Shown here piece by piece: positions 27,082 to 38,640 of a DNA stretch of 64,000 nt. The notes beneath the pieces were generated by a model that was not told where the DNA came from, made no database searches, and worked only from the letters and a program-made list of their open reading frames with translations. Numbering within the stretch: position 1 is the first letter of the stretch; each line of letters begins with the position of its first letter. The position numbers and the translations under genes are program-made. This DNA comes from an uncultured Oscillospiraceae bacterium (GTDB taxonomy: Bacteria; Bacillota; Clostridia; Christensenellales; CAG-314): the NCBI GenBank assembly GCA_964521735.1, contig CAZFTO010000003.1, positions 983 to 64,982 on the forward strand. The letters run 5' to 3'.

Positions 27082-27732
27082 ATGGTAAACAATAAGGCGT
27101 ATAAGGTTGCTAAATATGCAATAGTTTTGGCAATTATTTTCGTAGCAATGATGATAGACAGAGCCATTTCGCTTATTCCTGTCGGCTTTTCCATGGCAGG
27201 ATGCGTACTGTTGGTTACACTGTCTTTTTGTTTTTTGGAAAACGATTGGAAAATGGGCATAATTTCTGGCACATTTTTTGGAATCGCATCGTTTTTGAAA
27301 GAATTTTTGATGCCCTCCGCATTGGTGGGACAAGTTTTTAAGCCGTATTATTGGCTGCTGATAACCATTCCGCCTCGTGCGCTTATGGGAGTTGTTGCGT
27401 TTTCGGCATACAGGTTGATGCTTGCGGTCACCCGTCCCATGGGTAATGCGCGTGGCAGGCAAATTTTGTGTTTGACGGTGGCTTCCTCCTTTGGGCTTGT
27501 GACAAACACAGTTGGATTTTTCTCCTTTTTGGAACTATCCAGAACCATTGCAAACGTCAATAACGACGGCGTGTTTGCGCTTATTTATGCGGCACTGCTA
27601 ACAAACATTTTGCCGGAATACCTAATATCTTTGATAGGTGTTTCTGCCGTTGTTTTGGGGGTTAGACGCGGTTTGAAATTGGGCGTTGACGGCAACAATT
27701 TGAAAAGAGAAACACAATCGGAAGAGTTGTGA
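27082..27732 (+). CDS. small polytopic membrane protein, ECF S-component-like (candidate pantothenate PanT)
   Basis: GAGGA SD. About 216 aa with roughly 5-6 hydrophobic helices. Its stop is 13 nt before coaX. The substrate assignment is from gene context only. Confidence 0.4.
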   Translation: MVNNKAYKVAKYAIVLAIIFVAMMIDRAISLIPVGFSMAGCVLLVTLSFCFLENDWKMGIISGTFFGIASFLKEFLMPSALVGQVFKPYYWLLITIPPRALMGVVAFSAYRLMLAVTRPMGNARGRQILCLTVASSFGLVTNTVGFFSFLELSRTIANVNNDGVFALIYAALLTNILPEYLISLIGVSAVVLGVRRGLKLGVDGNNLKRETQSEEL

Positions 27733-27745
27733 AGAGGGCAAAACC

Positions 27746-28516
27746 ATGATTTTTACAGTTGATATTGGTAACACAAACATTAAAATAGGCTTATTCGACG
27801 AAGGTGGGAAGCTTGCAAAATCCTTCAAAATGTCCACCGACGTGAAAAGAACTTCGGATGAATACATAGCACTTTTATTGCAACTTTTGCGCTACTCCAA
27901 AATTGACGAATCGGATATCACCGGCGCAATAGTGTCGTCTGTTATTCCGCAACTGGATTATACTTTCACCAACGTTATAAATCACGTTTTTGGCGTGAAG
28001 CCTTTGATTGTCGGCGTGGGTGTTAAAACGGGATTGGCAATCAAGTACGATTTTCCCAGAGAACTTGGAAGCGACAGAATTATAACATGTGTCTCCGCCG
28101 AAAAACAATATGGCGAACCGTTCATTTTGGTGGATTTCGGCACGGCAACTACATTTAACGTGGTGAACGAACGTAAGGAATTTATTGGCGGAGCCATTAC
28201 ACTGGGCTTAAAATCTACAATAGAAAGTCTTTCGCGTTGCACGGCAAAACTTCCCAATGTTGATTTGGAAGTGCCTACAAAAACCGTTGCTCAATCTACG
28301 CGCAAGGCTATTCAAAGCGGCGTTGTGTTTGGCGTAGTGGGACAAGTTAAGTACGTTATTGACCGCATCAAGCAGGAAACTGGTTTGCAGGAGGCAAAGA
28401 TTATTGCTACCGGTGGATTGGCGGAACTTGTTGCCAGTGTAGAACCGATATTCGATCATATCGACAGAGAACTTTCTTTGAAGGGACTTTACGAAATTTA
28501 TAAGCTCAACGCGTAA
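27746..28516 (+). CDS. coaX: type III pantothenate kinase
   Basis: MIFTVDIGNTNIKIGLFDEG.. together with ..VDFGTATTFNV.. and ..IATGGLA.. form the CoaX ASKHA fold motifs. Confidence 0.9.
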   Translation: MIFTVDIGNTNIKIGLFDEGGKLAKSFKMSTDVKRTSDEYIALLLQLLRYSKIDESDITGAIVSSVIPQLDYTFTNVINHVFGVKPLIVGVGVKTGLAIKYDFPRELGSDRIITCVSAEKQYGEPFILVDFGTATTFNVVNERKEFIGGAITLGLKSTIESLSRCTAKLPNVDLEVPTKTVAQSTRKAIQSGVVFGVVGQVKYVIDRIKQETGLQEAKIIATGGLAELVASVEPIFDHIDRELSLKGLYEIYKLNA

Positions 28517-28549
28517 CATTTTGCGTTAGCTGGCTTTTAGGTGTGTAGT

Positions 28550-30517
28550 ATGGATTTTAAGTTGCATTCAAAATATCAGCCGTGTGGCGACCAGCCGAAC
28601 GCAATACAGCAGTTGACACAGGGGTTGCGCGATGGGTTAGCAACGCAAGTGCTGCGCGGCGTTACGGGGAGCGGAAAGACTTTCACTATGGCCAACGTCA
28701 TAGCCAATCTAAACCGGCCTGCGCTTGTTATTTGCCACAACAAAACGCTTGCCGCCCAGTTATGCAACGAATTCCGGGAATTCTTCCCCGAAAACCGAGT
28801 GGAATTTTTTGTGTCTTATTACGACTACTACATGCCGGAAAGTTACATTCCTGCAAGAGACTTATATATCGAAAAAGAAATTGATATAAACGATGAAATT
28901 GACAAGTTGCGCCATTCGGCAACTTGCAGTTTGTTTGAAAGGCGTGATACAATTGTTGTTGCAAGCGTTTCCTGCATCTATGGCTTAGGCGCACCGGGAG
29001 AATACTATAAAATGAGTTTATCCGCGCGCCCCGGTGATAATCTTTCGCGTGAGCAATTGATTCGGAAGCTTGTTGCCATTCAGTACGAGCGCAACGACAT
29101 GGATTTTCACCGTGGCACGTTTGGAGTGCGCGGCGACGTGGTGGAAGTGTTCCCTGCGTCCTACTCCGACCACGCCATTCGCTTTGAATTTTGGGGTGAC
29201 GAGATTGAAAAAATCTCCGAGATAGATGCACTAACCGGCAACACTGTTTCCACTTTGTTGCACGTAATTGTTTTCCCTGCAAGTCACTACGTTGTGGAGG
29301 GAGTAACAATGGATAGTGCACTTAAAAACATTCGTTGCGATATGGAAAAAGAAGTGCAATCTTTTTTTGATTGCAACAAAATTGTCGAAGGGCAACGGCT
29401 TAAGCAAAGAGTATCCTACGACCTTGAAATGATGCAAGAAATGGGATATTGCAGCGGTATTGAAAACTACTCTCGCTACTTTGACGGCCGCGCAGTGGGG
29501 CAGCCACCGTATACTTTGTTGGATTATTTTCCCGATGATTTTATAACATTCATTGACGAAAGCCATATGACGATTCCGCAAATAAGGGCAATGTTCAATG
29601 GCGACCGCGCACGCAAAACCAATCTTGTTGGCTACGGTTTTAGGTTGCAAAGCTCCTACGACAACCGTCCACTCACGTTTGATGAGTTCGATTCTCGTTT
29701 AGGGCAACTTGTTTGCGTTTCTGCAACGCCGGCCGATTACGAATTGCGCCGGGCCGATAACGTTGTTGAACAGCTGATTCGCCCAACCGGCTTGTTGGAT
29801 CCACAGGTGGAGGTTCGTCCTGTGAAAGGGCAAATTGACGACTTGCTGGGAGAAATACATTCTGTTACGCAAGCTGGCGGTAGAGTGCTTGTTACCACAC
29901 TTACAAAACGCATGGCCGAAAGTTTGACGGAATTTTTGGCCAAGCAAAGTGTCAGAGTTAAATACATGCACTCGGAAATTGACACGCTGGAGCGTGTTGA
30001 AATAGTTTCTGGACTTAAAAAGGGCGAGTTCGACGTGCTGGTTGGCATAAACCTTTTGCGTGAGGGATTGGATATGCCACAGGTCAGGCTGGTTGCCATT
30101 TTGGATGCCGATAAGGAAGGCTTTTTGCGTAGCGACACGGCGCTCATTCAAACCATAGGTAGAGCGGCGCGAAACAGCGAAGGTCGCGTGATTATGTATG
30201 CAGATGTGGTTACCGACAGTATGAAGCGAGCCATTGACGAAACTAACCGCAGAAGACAAATTCAAAACAGCTACAACGTGGAACATGGCATAGTGCCCAA
30301 AACAATTGAGCACTTTGTTGAAAACACTTTGGAGATAACTCAAAAGGCAAGCGACGTTCGTTCCGTAAAGGATTTGGAACGCGATATCGAAAACACAACG
30401 CAGCGCATGAAGACTGCCGCCAACCAATTGGATTTCGAAAAGGCAATTCAGCTGCGTGAGGAAGTAGTGCGCTTGACAAAACAATTGGAAAAGGCAAAAA
30501 GGAAAAAGAGGGGCTAG
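28550..30517 (+). CDS. uvrB: excinuclease ABC subunit B
   Basis: ATG 28550 ([22 protein letters not shown]..). GVTGSGKTF Walker A, helicase motifs and the C-terminal UVR domain are present. Confidence 0.95.
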   Translation: MDFKLHSKYQPCGDQPNAIQQLTQGLRDGLATQVLRGVTGSGKTFTMANVIANLNRPALVICHNKTLAAQLCNEFREFFPENRVEFFVSYYDYYMPESYIPARDLYIEKEIDINDEIDKLRHSATCSLFERRDTIVVASVSCIYGLGAPGEYYKMSLSARPGDNLSREQLIRKLVAIQYERNDMDFHRGTFGVRGDVVEVFPASYSDHAIRFEFWGDEIEKISEIDALTGNTVSTLLHVIVFPASHYVVEGVTMDSALKNIRCDMEKEVQSFFDCNKIVEGQRLKQRVSYDLEMMQEMGYCSGIENYSRYFDGRAVGQPPYTLLDYFPDDFITFIDESHMTIPQIRAMFNGDRARKTNLVGYGFRLQSSYDNRPLTFDEFDSRLGQLVCVSATPADYELRRADNVVEQLIRPTGLLDPQVEVRPVKGQIDDLLGEIHSVTQAGGRVLVTTLTKRMAESLTEFLAKQSVRVKYMHSEIDTLERVEIVSGLKKGEFDVLVGINLLREGLDMPQVRLVAILDADKEGFLRSDTALIQTIGRAARNSEGRVIMYADVVTDSMKRAIDETNRRRQIQNSYNVEHGIVPKTIEHFVENTLEITQKASDVRSVKDLERDIENTTQRMKTAANQLDFEKAIQLREEVVRLTKQLEKAKRKKRG

Positions 30518-30548
30518 TAGAGCGCAATTTGCGCATTTGTGATAATCT

Positions 30549-33359
30549 ATGAGAGACATAGTAATTAAAAATGCTAAGGAAAACAATCTCAAAAGCGTAA
30601 GTTTGAGGATTCCTCGTGATAAACTTGTTGTTTTCACGGGACTTTCGGGAAGCGGAAAATCTTCGTTGGCCTTCGATACTATCTTTGCGGAAGGGCAACG
30701 CCGCTACATGGAAAGCTTATCCAGCTATGCCCGTCAGTTTTTGGGGCAAATGGATAAACCAGACGTGGAAAGCATTGAAGGACTTTCCCCTGCTATAAGT
30801 ATCGACCAAAAAACAACTTCCTCTAACCCACGTTCAACGGTGGGCACTGTTACGGAAATCTACGACTACTTGCGTTTGCTTTTTGCACGCGTGGGCATTC
30901 CGTATTGTCCGCACTGTGGTTTGGAAATTTCAAAAACTGGCGTTGACCAAATTTGCGACAAGGTTTTGCAAATGGGCGAAGGCACAAAACTTATGGTTTT
31001 GGCGCCTATCGTTCGTGGCCGCAAAGGTGAATTTCAAAAGTCTTTTGAACAGCTTAAAAAACAAGGTTTTGTTCGTGTGGTAGTGGATGGACAACTGTAC
31101 ACTTTAGACGAAGAAATTAAGCTTGTGAAAAACGTGAAACATACAATTTCCGTTGTGGTGGATAGGCTCATAGTAAAGGCAGAAATGAACACTCGTCTTT
31201 CTGACAGCGTGGAAACGGCCTTGAAGTTGGCCGATGGCCTTGTTACAATTTCCGCAGAAGGCAAGGAATCGACTTTCTCAAACAAGTTTGCTTGCCCGGA
31301 ATGTGGGTTCACGTTGGAAGAAATGGAACCGAGAACTTTTTCCTTTAACAGTCCTTTTGGGGCGTGTCCCGATTGCGCAGGGCTAGGCTTCAAGCAAGAA
31401 TTTGACGAGCGTCTCATTTTGCCGGACGACACAAAAAGTTTGCACGCCGGAGCTATCCGTTTGTTGGGGTTCAATTTGGGCGCAGCAAGTTGGATGCGCA
31501 AGATTTTTGAAGCCTTGGCGGAAAAACACGGTTTTTCCTGTGACGTACCCGTAAGGGATTTGCCTAAATCCGCTTTTAACACGGTAATGTATGGCAACGG
31601 TGGCGAAACGCTCACTTGTCGTTTAGATGACGGCCGCACCTATAACACCACGTGGGAAGGAATAATCCCAATGATGACTAGGCGCCACGCCGAATGTAAA
31701 AGTGATTGGACAAGGCAAGAATATGAAAAGTTCATGGTGGATAAACCCTGCCAAACCTGCCACGGCAAGCGCCTGAAAGACGAAGTGCTGGCTGTTAAAG
31801 TGGGAGGATTGAATATTTGGGAAGTGGGCGAATTGTCCATAACAAGTGCGCTTAAGTTTTTTGATCAACTTGTTTTGGACGATACCCGTCAAAAAATTGC
31901 CCATATGGTTCTAAAAGAGATTTGCGCTAGGCTTAAATTTCTTGTGGATGTCGGTTTGGGATATTTGACTCTTAACCGTTCGGCAGGTACGCTATCTGGC
32001 GGCGAAGCGCAACGCATTCGTTTGGCCACGCAAATTGGCAGTGGGCTTACAGGCGTGCTTTATATTTTGGATGAACCCAGCATTGGTTTGCATCAAAGGG
32101 ACAACGCCAAACTAATTGCCACATTGCAACGCCTTCGCGACGTTGGAAACACACTTATTGTTGTGGAACACGACGAAGATACTATTCGCAGTGCCGATTT
32201 TGTCGTGGACGTAGGCCCCGGTGCCGGTGTGCATGGCGGCGAAATTGTTTGCGCAGGAACCGTTCAGGAAGTTATTGATTGCAAACAATCCATAACGGGA
32301 AAATATCTCAGCGGCGAATTGTCCATTCCCGTTCCGCAAACTCGCAGATGCGGCAGCGGAAAGTTTTTGACGGTGAAGGGTGCTAGGAAAAACAATTTGA
32401 AAAACATTGACGTTTCCGTTCCGCTGGGAACACTGTCGGTTGTAACGGGCGTTTCCGGAAGCGGAAAAAGCAGTTTAGTTAACGAAGTTTTGTTGCCATA
32501 TTTGGCGGAGAAACTAAACCGAGCACGGCCCGGCGACGTTGTTTGCGACGAAATTTGCGGAATAGAAGAGCTGGATAAGGTTATTGCAATCGATCAAAGT
32601 GCCATAGGACGCACTCCGCGAAGCAATCCGGCAACCTATACTGGAGTATTTTCGCTGATACGCGATTTGTTTGCAGCAACTCCAGATGCAAAGGAGCGCG
32701 GTTATAATTCCGGGCGTTTTAGCTTTAACGTTAAGGGCGGGCGTTGCGAACACTGCGATGGCGACGGTATTTTGCGTATTGCAATGAACTTTTTGCCTGA
32801 CGTTTACGTTCCGTGCGAAGTTTGCCACGGCTCTCGCTATAACAGGGAAACGCTTGCCGTTAAATATAAGGGCAAAACTATTGCCGACGTGCTGGATATG
32901 ACGGTGGAAGAAGCTGTTGGATTTTTCGAAAACGTGCAGAGCATCAAAAACAAAATTCAAACGCTATACGACGTGGGGCTAGGATATATAAAACTCGGCC
33001 AGCCGGCAACAACGCTTTCCGGCGGCGAGGCGCAACGCGTAAAATTGGCAACGGAACTATCCAAGCGTAGCACCGGCAAAACCATATATATTTTGGACGA
33101 ACCAACCACTGGTTTGCACAGCCACGACGTTTCCAAACTTATAAACATTTTGCAACGCCTTGTTTCCGTTGGGAACACCGTTTTGGTTATCGAACACAAC
33201 TTGGACGTTATCAAGGTTGCTGATTATATAATCGACTTAGGCCCGGAAGGCGGCGATGCAGGCGGTACGGTTGTTGCCTGCGGCACTCCGGAACAAATTG
33301 CCCAAACGCAAAGTTATACGGGACAATTTTTGAAGCCCATTCTAGAGAAAACACACTAA
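30549..33359 (+). CDS. uvrA: excinuclease ABC subunit A
   Basis: [23 protein letters not shown], two ABC modules (LSGGEAQR twice) and zinc-finger Cys clusters are present. Length is 936 aa. Confidence 0.97.
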   Translation: MRDIVIKNAKENNLKSVSLRIPRDKLVVFTGLSGSGKSSLAFDTIFAEGQRRYMESLSSYARQFLGQMDKPDVESIEGLSPAISIDQKTTSSNPRSTVGTVTEIYDYLRLLFARVGIPYCPHCGLEISKTGVDQICDKVLQMGEGTKLMVLAPIVRGRKGEFQKSFEQLKKQGFVRVVVDGQLYTLDEEIKLVKNVKHTISVVVDRLIVKAEMNTRLSDSVETALKLADGLVTISAEGKESTFSNKFACPECGFTLEEMEPRTFSFNSPFGACPDCAGLGFKQEFDERLILPDDTKSLHAGAIRLLGFNLGAASWMRKIFEALAEKHGFSCDVPVRDLPKSAFNTVMYGNGGETLTCRLDDGRTYNTTWEGIIPMMTRRHAECKSDWTRQEYEKFMVDKPCQTCHGKRLKDEVLAVKVGGLNIWEVGELSITSALKFFDQLVLDDTRQKIAHMVLKEICARLKFLVDVGLGYLTLNRSAGTLSGGEAQRIRLATQIGSGLTGVLYILDEPSIGLHQRDNAKLIATLQRLRDVGNTLIVVEHDEDTIRSADFVVDVGPGAGVHGGEIVCAGTVQEVIDCKQSITGKYLSGELSIPVPQTRRCGSGKFLTVKGARKNNLKNIDVSVPLGTLSVVTGVSGSGKSSLVNEVLLPYLAEKLNRARPGDVVCDEICGIEELDKVIAIDQSAIGRTPRSNPATYTGVFSLIRDLFAATPDAKERGYNSGRFSFNVKGGRCEHCDGDGILRIAMNFLPDVYVPCEVCHGSRYNRETLAVKYKGKTIADVLDMTVEEAVGFFENVQSIKNKIQTLYDVGLGYIKLGQPATTLSGGEAQRVKLATELSKRSTGKTIYILDEPTTGLHSHDVSKLINILQRLVSVGNTVLVIEHNLDVIKVADYIIDLGPEGGDAGGTVVACGTPEQIAQTQSYTGQFLKPILEKTH

Positions 33360-33373
33360 CATCAAGGTGAAAC

Positions 33374-35896
33374 ATGAAAAAGCTACTTCTTATTGATGGC
33401 AACAGCATATTGAACAGGGCGTATTTTGCTCTGCCTGCATTGAACGATAAAACCGGCCGAAACGTGAATGCTGTTTATGGTTTTATCAACATTCTTTTGA
33501 AGGTGTGCCAAGATTATTCTCCGGAAAAATTGGTGGTGGCTTTTGATATGCGCGGACACAATTTCCGCAAAGATATTTATGCTGACTATAAGGCAAACCG
33601 CAAGGGAATGCCAGATGATTTGGCTTTGCAAATGCCCATTTTGCACGATTTGTTGGCAAAAATGTCTGTAATGGTTGTGGAAAAAGCCGGTGTTGAGGCC
33701 GATGATATTATTGGCACAATAACAAAAGATAACGGCTTCCAAAACTACGTTGTTTCTGGCGACCGAGATATGCTTCAACTGGTTTCTCCGTCGGTAACGG
33801 TGCTGCTCACTAAGCGTGGTGTCACCGAAGTGGAAAGCGTAACGCCCGAGTTGCTTAAAGAAGTTTATTGTTTGACTCCTGCGCAAGTTATCGAATACAA
33901 GGCTTTGCGCGGCGACACTTCGGATAATATCCCCGGCGTGAAGGGCATTGGCGAAAAAACCGCAATGTCTTTGCTAGAAAAGTATGGCGATATCGACACT
34001 ATTTTTGCCAACGTAGATGCCGAAAAGGGCGCTCTGCACGAAAAGTTGGTTGCCGGCAAGGAAATGGCTTACGTAAGCAAAACTTTGGCAACCATCGTTC
34101 GCAACGCCGACGTGCAATACGACCTGGATAGTTGTGGATTGTATAGCCTTAATGGCGAAGTGAAACGCACAATGGAACAATTACAATTTCGTTCCATACT
34201 TTCGCGCTTGCAGTTCGATGATGAGCAAACGCACGAAGCCGTTCAGGTGGATAGCATCACTGTGGATACGGCTGCGCAATTGCAAGAAGTTGTGACATCG
34301 CTAGCAAAATGCGATTGCTTTGCATTTCATTATGACGGCAAAACTGTGTATTTGGCCGATAGTGACGTTCGCGAATACGTTGTTCACTTGTCGGATAGTT
34401 TTTTGGACGAATTGACGGAGCAGACGGTTTTCGAAACGCTCAAACCGTTGATGGAAAGTGATGTTGAAAAATCCGTTTACGATCAAAAAAATTTGCGTCA
34501 CGTTTTGCAAAACGTTGGCGTGCAACTGCGTGGTGTTAAATACGACGTTTGTCTGATGCAATACTTGGTGGAATATCGTGCCTACAAGGATTTACACAGT
34601 TTAATTGATGCGTACGGCTACGAATGTAGCGGCGCCGGTATTTTTGCGGTGGCACATATTTTGCAAAAACAGCTCGAAGAACACGGCGTTTGGAAACTAT
34701 ACGAAGAAGTGGAATTGCCTCTTTCTGATTTGCTTTATCGAATGGAAATTGAAGGGGTGCAAGTGGACTGTGACTTGTTGGAAAAATCTTCCAAAGAAAT
34801 GCACAAAAAGTTGGATTGCTTGACTGAAGAAATTTGCCAACTTGCAGGGGAAACATTTAACCTTAACAGCACGACACAGCTATCCAAAATTTTGTTTGAA
34901 AAACTAAATTTGCCACACGGAAAGAAAAATCAGCGCGGATATTCTACCAGCACCGACGTGTTGGAACCGCTTGTTGGTTTGCATCCAATCGTTGGCAAAA
35001 TTTTGGAATACAGAAAAATTTCTAAATTGCTTGGAACCTACGTGGACGGTTTGCGTCCACTTGTTAGACACGGATTGGTGCACACAACCTATAATCAGGC
35101 GCTAACTTCTACCGGGAGGCTATCCAGTTCCGACCCAAATTTGCAAAACATTCCCATTCGTGATGATGTAGGGCGTGAAATTCGACGCTTGTTCCTTCCC
35201 AAACACGGCAAGTTTGTTGGAGCAGACTATTCTCAAATAGAGCTGCGTTTACTTGCGGCTTTTTCTAAGGACGAAAACTTGCTTTCGTGTTTTATGCACG
35301 GGGAAGACATCCACGCCAAGGTTGCATCCGAATTACTGGGCATACCTGTTGAACTTGTCAATCCAGAAATGCGAAGAATGGCAAAGGCCGTTAACTTTGG
35401 CATTATCTACGGAATAAGTGATTTTGGCCTGTCGCAAAACACAAACGTCAGTGTGAAAAAGGCGCACGAATATATTCAATTGTATTTCGAACGCTTCCCC
35501 AAAATAAAATGCTATTTGGATGGTTGCGTGCAACAGGCAAAGAAAACGGGCTACGTGACGACCATCACCGGTCGCCGCCGCCAAATTCCGGAAATAAAAT
35601 CTGCCAACTACAACTTGCGCAGTTTTGGCGAAAGAGCGGCAATGAACATGCCTTTGCAAGGCAGCGCCGCCGACATAATGAAAATAGCAATGCTAAAAGT
35701 TGATAGTGCTCTTCAACAAAACTGTTTGAAAAGCAAGATTGTTTTGCAAATTCACGACGAAATTATCGTGGACTGTTATCCTGAAGAAGCAGAAGAAGTT
35801 AAGCGCATTGTGAAAGAGCAAATGGAAGCGGCTGTTAGCCTTGCTTGCCCACTTGTGGCCGATACGGAAGAAGGAGAAACGCTTTATGAAGCGTAA
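33374..35896 (+). CDS. polA: DNA polymerase I
   Basis: It has the 5'-nuclease N-terminus LLLIDGNSILNRAYFAL and the polymerase motifs DYSQIELRLLA, RRMAKAVNFGIIYG and QIHDEIIVD. Confidence 0.95.
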   Translation: MKKLLLIDGNSILNRAYFALPALNDKTGRNVNAVYGFINILLKVCQDYSPEKLVVAFDMRGHNFRKDIYADYKANRKGMPDDLALQMPILHDLLAKMSVMVVEKAGVEADDIIGTITKDNGFQNYVVSGDRDMLQLVSPSVTVLLTKRGVTEVESVTPELLKEVYCLTPAQVIEYKALRGDTSDNIPGVKGIGEKTAMSLLEKYGDIDTIFANVDAEKGALHEKLVAGKEMAYVSKTLATIVRNADVQYDLDSCGLYSLNGEVKRTMEQLQFRSILSRLQFDDEQTHEAVQVDSITVDTAAQLQEVVTSLAKCDCFAFHYDGKTVYLADSDVREYVVHLSDSFLDELTEQTVFETLKPLMESDVEKSVYDQKNLRHVLQNVGVQLRGVKYDVCLMQYLVEYRAYKDLHSLIDAYGYECSGAGIFAVAHILQKQLEEHGVWKLYEEVELPLSDLLYRMEIEGVQVDCDLLEKSSKEMHKKLDCLTEEICQLAGETFNLNSTTQLSKILFEKLNLPHGKKNQRGYSTSTDVLEPLVGLHPIVGKILEYRKISKLLGTYVDGLRPLVRHGLVHTTYNQALTSTGRLSSSDPNLQNIPIRDDVGREIRRLFLPKHGKFVGADYSQIELRLLAAFSKDENLLSCFMHGEDIHAKVASELLGIPVELVNPEMRRMAKAVNFGIIYGISDFGLSQNTNVSVKKAHEYIQLYFERFPKIKCYLDGCVQQAKKTGYVTTITGRRRQIPEIKSANYNLRSFGERAAMNMPLQGSAADIMKIAMLKVDSALQQNCLKSKIVLQIHDEIIVDCYPEEAEEVKRIVKEQMEAAVSLACPLVADTEEGETLYEA

Positions 35897-36452
35897 GGTA
35901 ATTGCCCTAACCGGAGGCATTGGCAGCGGCAAAAGCAGTGTTTCCAAGATTTTGGCGGAACGTGGTTTTGAGGTTGTTGATTGCGATGCTATTTCTCGCG
36001 AGATGGCAACAGATCAAGCAATTTTGCAGCAGATTACGGATTTGCTTGGCCCGCAAAGTGTTGTCAACGGCAACCTTAACCGCCCGTACGTTAGAAATAT
36101 TGTGTTTGCCGATGACAAACTATACGAAAAATACAGCAAAATTTTTTGGGACGGTGTCAAACAGGCCCTTGTGCATCGTGTTGAAACTTGTTCCCAAAGT
36201 TTGTTTGTGGAAATTTCCGTTATAAACGCTTTTGAATTTCCCTGGGACGAAATCTGGTTTGTAGATAGCAGGGTGGATGTTCGCATTGCGCGCGTTTGTG
36301 CACGCGATGGTGTTTCGGCTGCTAACGCAATGGATATTATTTCTCGGCAAAAGTTGTGCGATAACTACACGCGCATTATCGAAAATAACGGCACTTTTGC
36401 GCAGTTGCAATCAAAAGTGGATGATTTGTTGCAAAAAAATTTTATTGAATAG
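35886..36452 (+). CDS. coaE: dephospho-CoA kinase
   Basis: AAGGAG SD then ATG 35886, overlapping the polA stop. The VIALTGGIGSGKSSV P-loop is present. Confidence 0.9.
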   Translation: MKRKVIALTGGIGSGKSSVSKILAERGFEVVDCDAISREMATDQAILQQITDLLGPQSVVNGNLNRPYVRNIVFADDKLYEKYSKIFWDGVKQALVHRVETCSQSLFVEISVINAFEFPWDEIWFVDSRVDVRIARVCARDGVSAANAMDIISRQKLCDNYTRIIENNGTFAQLQSKVDDLLQKNFIE

Positions 36453-36471
36453 TTTTTGTGAACTTGAATTG

Positions 36472-36497
36472 CGTCGCTTGTTGCGGCGTTTTTCTTT
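36472..36497 (+). terminator. intrinsic terminator after coaE
   Basis: CGTCGC-TTGTT-GCGGCG stem (one G-U pair) followed by TTTTTCTTT. Confidence 0.55.
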
Positions 36498-36955
36498 GCA
36501 AACGTTTGTTGGCCGTGATTGTTTTGAAACTTACAATTGCTGCACTCGATTGCAACCATGCAGTTGCACTATGGGGCAAACTTCATTGCAAAAAGATGAT
36601 CGGCATACAAACGTATAAATAAAGCATTTTTTATTGCGTGGCAGTTTTCGCAATTTTTTGGTGCTGCACGAATAGTTTTGGAATCATGCGTGCATACATG
36701 TGATAGACTTGTTATAACGCACGTCTTATAAATTTTTTTCTCTTGCCAAAACAACCGCTTATTTTGCACAAAATTCGCTGTTTTCGCTAAAATTTGGCAA
36801 ATGGAAATGCTCTGTTGCATTGCAAGATTGTCCTGCAACCATGCAAGATAGTGCTATTCTACATGCTTTTTGCCGGCTTTGTGTGGCAATAATGACTTTT
36901 AAAACACTAGAAAATTTGTGTAGTTAAAATTCGCGTTTTTTGAGTTGAAAAACGT

Positions 36956-36984
36956 TTGACATAAGTGTGCAATAGGACTAAAAT
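36956..36984 (+). promoter_or_regulatory. sigma-A-type promoter for the antiporter gene
   Basis: TTGACA, 17-nt spacer, TAAAAT, about 45 nt upstream of ATG 37032. Confidence 0.55.
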
Positions 36985-37031
36985 ATCAAAAGTTTGAAAA
37001 TGGCCGTGATTTAGGCGAGAAGGTATTTGTA

Positions 37032-38453
37032 ATGAATGCATTGTTACTAATTGCAATAGCGTTGATTTTGGGGTTGCTTTCTACAAGAATTATGAAAATA
37101 GTTGGGTTGCCCAACGTTACCGGTTATCTTGTTGTAGGGCTTATAATAGGCCCCTATGCGTTGGGACAATTCGTACCCAACGCCGAAGAAGTTTATAGCA
37201 GTTTGTCCATTGTTAGTTCCGTTGCACTGGGATTCATTGGGTTTTCTATCGGCGTTGAATTTAAGTTTTCGCACATAAAGGAAATTGGCAAAAGTGCAAT
37301 TGTTATCACTTTTTGTCAGGCGCTCTTGGCAACAATTTGTGTTGACGTTGCGTTGCTAGCAATAGGAACTCTGTTCCCGTCTTTGGGTATGGCTGGCTAC
37401 GAGGCAATTATTCTTGGCGCAATTGCAACGGCTACAGCACCTGCGGCAACGCTTATGGTTGTGCGTCAGTATAAGGCAAAGGGAATTGTTACAGGAACTT
37501 TGTTGCCTGTTGTTGCGTTGGACGATGCTGTTGGTCTTGTGGTGTTTGCAATATCCAACAACATAGCAATGTCGTGGGCAACAAGTGTGGCATCTTCGGG
37601 GGCTTCAGCCGCTATAAGTGTGTTGGATATTTTGGTTTGGCCGTTGGTAGAAATTGCTGCATCGCTTATTGTGGGCGTTTTGATCGGTGTGTTACTTTCC
37701 ATAATTCCACGTTTTTTCAAATCGCGCGATAACCGCCTTATTGCTTCGCTTGTCGCAGTGTTCTTGAGTTTGGGTATTTGCCAACTTTTTGAATACCTAA
37801 AAGAAAGTTGTGGATGTCCGTTCAAACTTTCCGACTTGTTGGTTTGCATGATGGCCGGCGCAAGCTTTGTTAACTTGCGCAACGAAGCGGTGCAGATGAT
37901 GGAAGGCGTGGATCGTTGGACGCCCTCGGTACTCATGTTGTTCTTTATTCTTTCCGGTGCGGAATTAAATTTGAGAATGTTCAATAACTGGGGCATTATT
38001 TGCTGCATTTTGGTATACGTTGTTGCTCGTTGTTGCGGCAAGTATTTTGGCACAATGTTGGGCGCATCCGTCACGAAAAGCGACACAAAAGTTAAAAAGT
38101 ATTTGGGAATTACGTTGTTTCCGCAAGCAGGCGTGGCCATTGGTATGGCAACAATGTGCAAAAAGGAATTTGTTTCTTTGGCAAACAAGTTCAGCACCGA
38201 TCCTCAAATGCAAACTATGTTTGCCGAAGTGGGTTCCAAAATAGTAACAATAACAATGTGTGCGGTTTTGATATATGAACTGATTGGCCCGGTTCTTACC
38301 AAATGGGCGCTTACCAAGGCTGGCGAAATAGATAAATCCAACTTGCAACGTAAAAGTAGAGTGGCCTTTGCTCACTTAAATTCGAGTGCAAGCGGTGCTA
38401 GTGCAGGTAGCAAAACAAATAGCGCAGGCGAGGAAAACAAAAATGAAAAGTAG
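37032..38453 (+). CDS. cation:proton antiporter (CPA2 / Kef-type Na+/H+ exchanger family)
   Basis: About 12 TM helices. The N-terminus LLLIAIALILGLLSTRIMKIVGLPNVTGYLVVGLIIGP is typical of the family. The tail is Ser/Ala-rich. Confidence 0.8.
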   Translation: MNALLLIAIALILGLLSTRIMKIVGLPNVTGYLVVGLIIGPYALGQFVPNAEEVYSSLSIVSSVALGFIGFSIGVEFKFSHIKEIGKSAIVITFCQALLATICVDVALLAIGTLFPSLGMAGYEAIILGAIATATAPAATLMVVRQYKAKGIVTGTLLPVVALDDAVGLVVFAISNNIAMSWATSVASSGASAAISVLDILVWPLVEIAASLIVGVLIGVLLSIIPRFFKSRDNRLIASLVAVFLSLGICQLFEYLKESCGCPFKLSDLLVCMMAGASFVNLRNEAVQMMEGVDRWTPSVLMLFFILSGAELNLRMFNNWGIICCILVYVVARCCGKYFGTMLGASVTKSDTKVKKYLGITLFPQAGVAIGMATMCKKEFVSLANKFSTDPQMQTMFAEVGSKIVTITMCAVLIYELIGPVLTKWALTKAGEIDKSNLQRKSRVAFAHLNSSASGASAGSKTNSAGEENKNEK

Positions 38454-38619
38454 TTCTACAATGTACGAATTGATGCGTCGATCGGAAATGCAAGATGACG
38501 ACGGAATGGATTTGTGTGATGCCGAACGCAAAGACGAGCGTTCCGATGCTCAAAAATTCAAAGAAAAATACAAGGATTTCTACACCGACATAAAGACGGA
38601 TATAAGCGAAGATTGGTAA
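38443..38619 (+). CDS. small acidic hypothetical protein (58 aa), possibly translationally coupled to the antiporter
   Basis: ATG 38443 overlaps the last 11 nt of the antiporter gene. GAGGA lies 8 nt upstream. It sits before the operon terminator at 38641-38672. No homology was recognised. Confidence 0.35.
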   Translation: MKSSSTMYELMRRSEMQDDDGMDLCDAERKDERSDAQKFKEKYKDFYTDIKTDISEDW

Positions 38620-38640
38620 AAATACTCTTGATTTTTTCGA

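Noticed and set aside
26454-27462. Minus-strand ORFs 26454-26951 (165 aa) and 26917-27462 (181 aa).
   Set aside because: They run through two plus-strand terminator hairpins, a promoter, and antisense to the 27082 gene. They lack SDs and do not have protein-like composition.
36277-36838. ORFs 36277-36618 (+), 36365-36559 (-) and 36569-36838 (-) in the coaE-antiporter spacer.
   Set aside because: They overlap the coaE 3' end or terminator, have no SDs, and do not have protein-like sequence.
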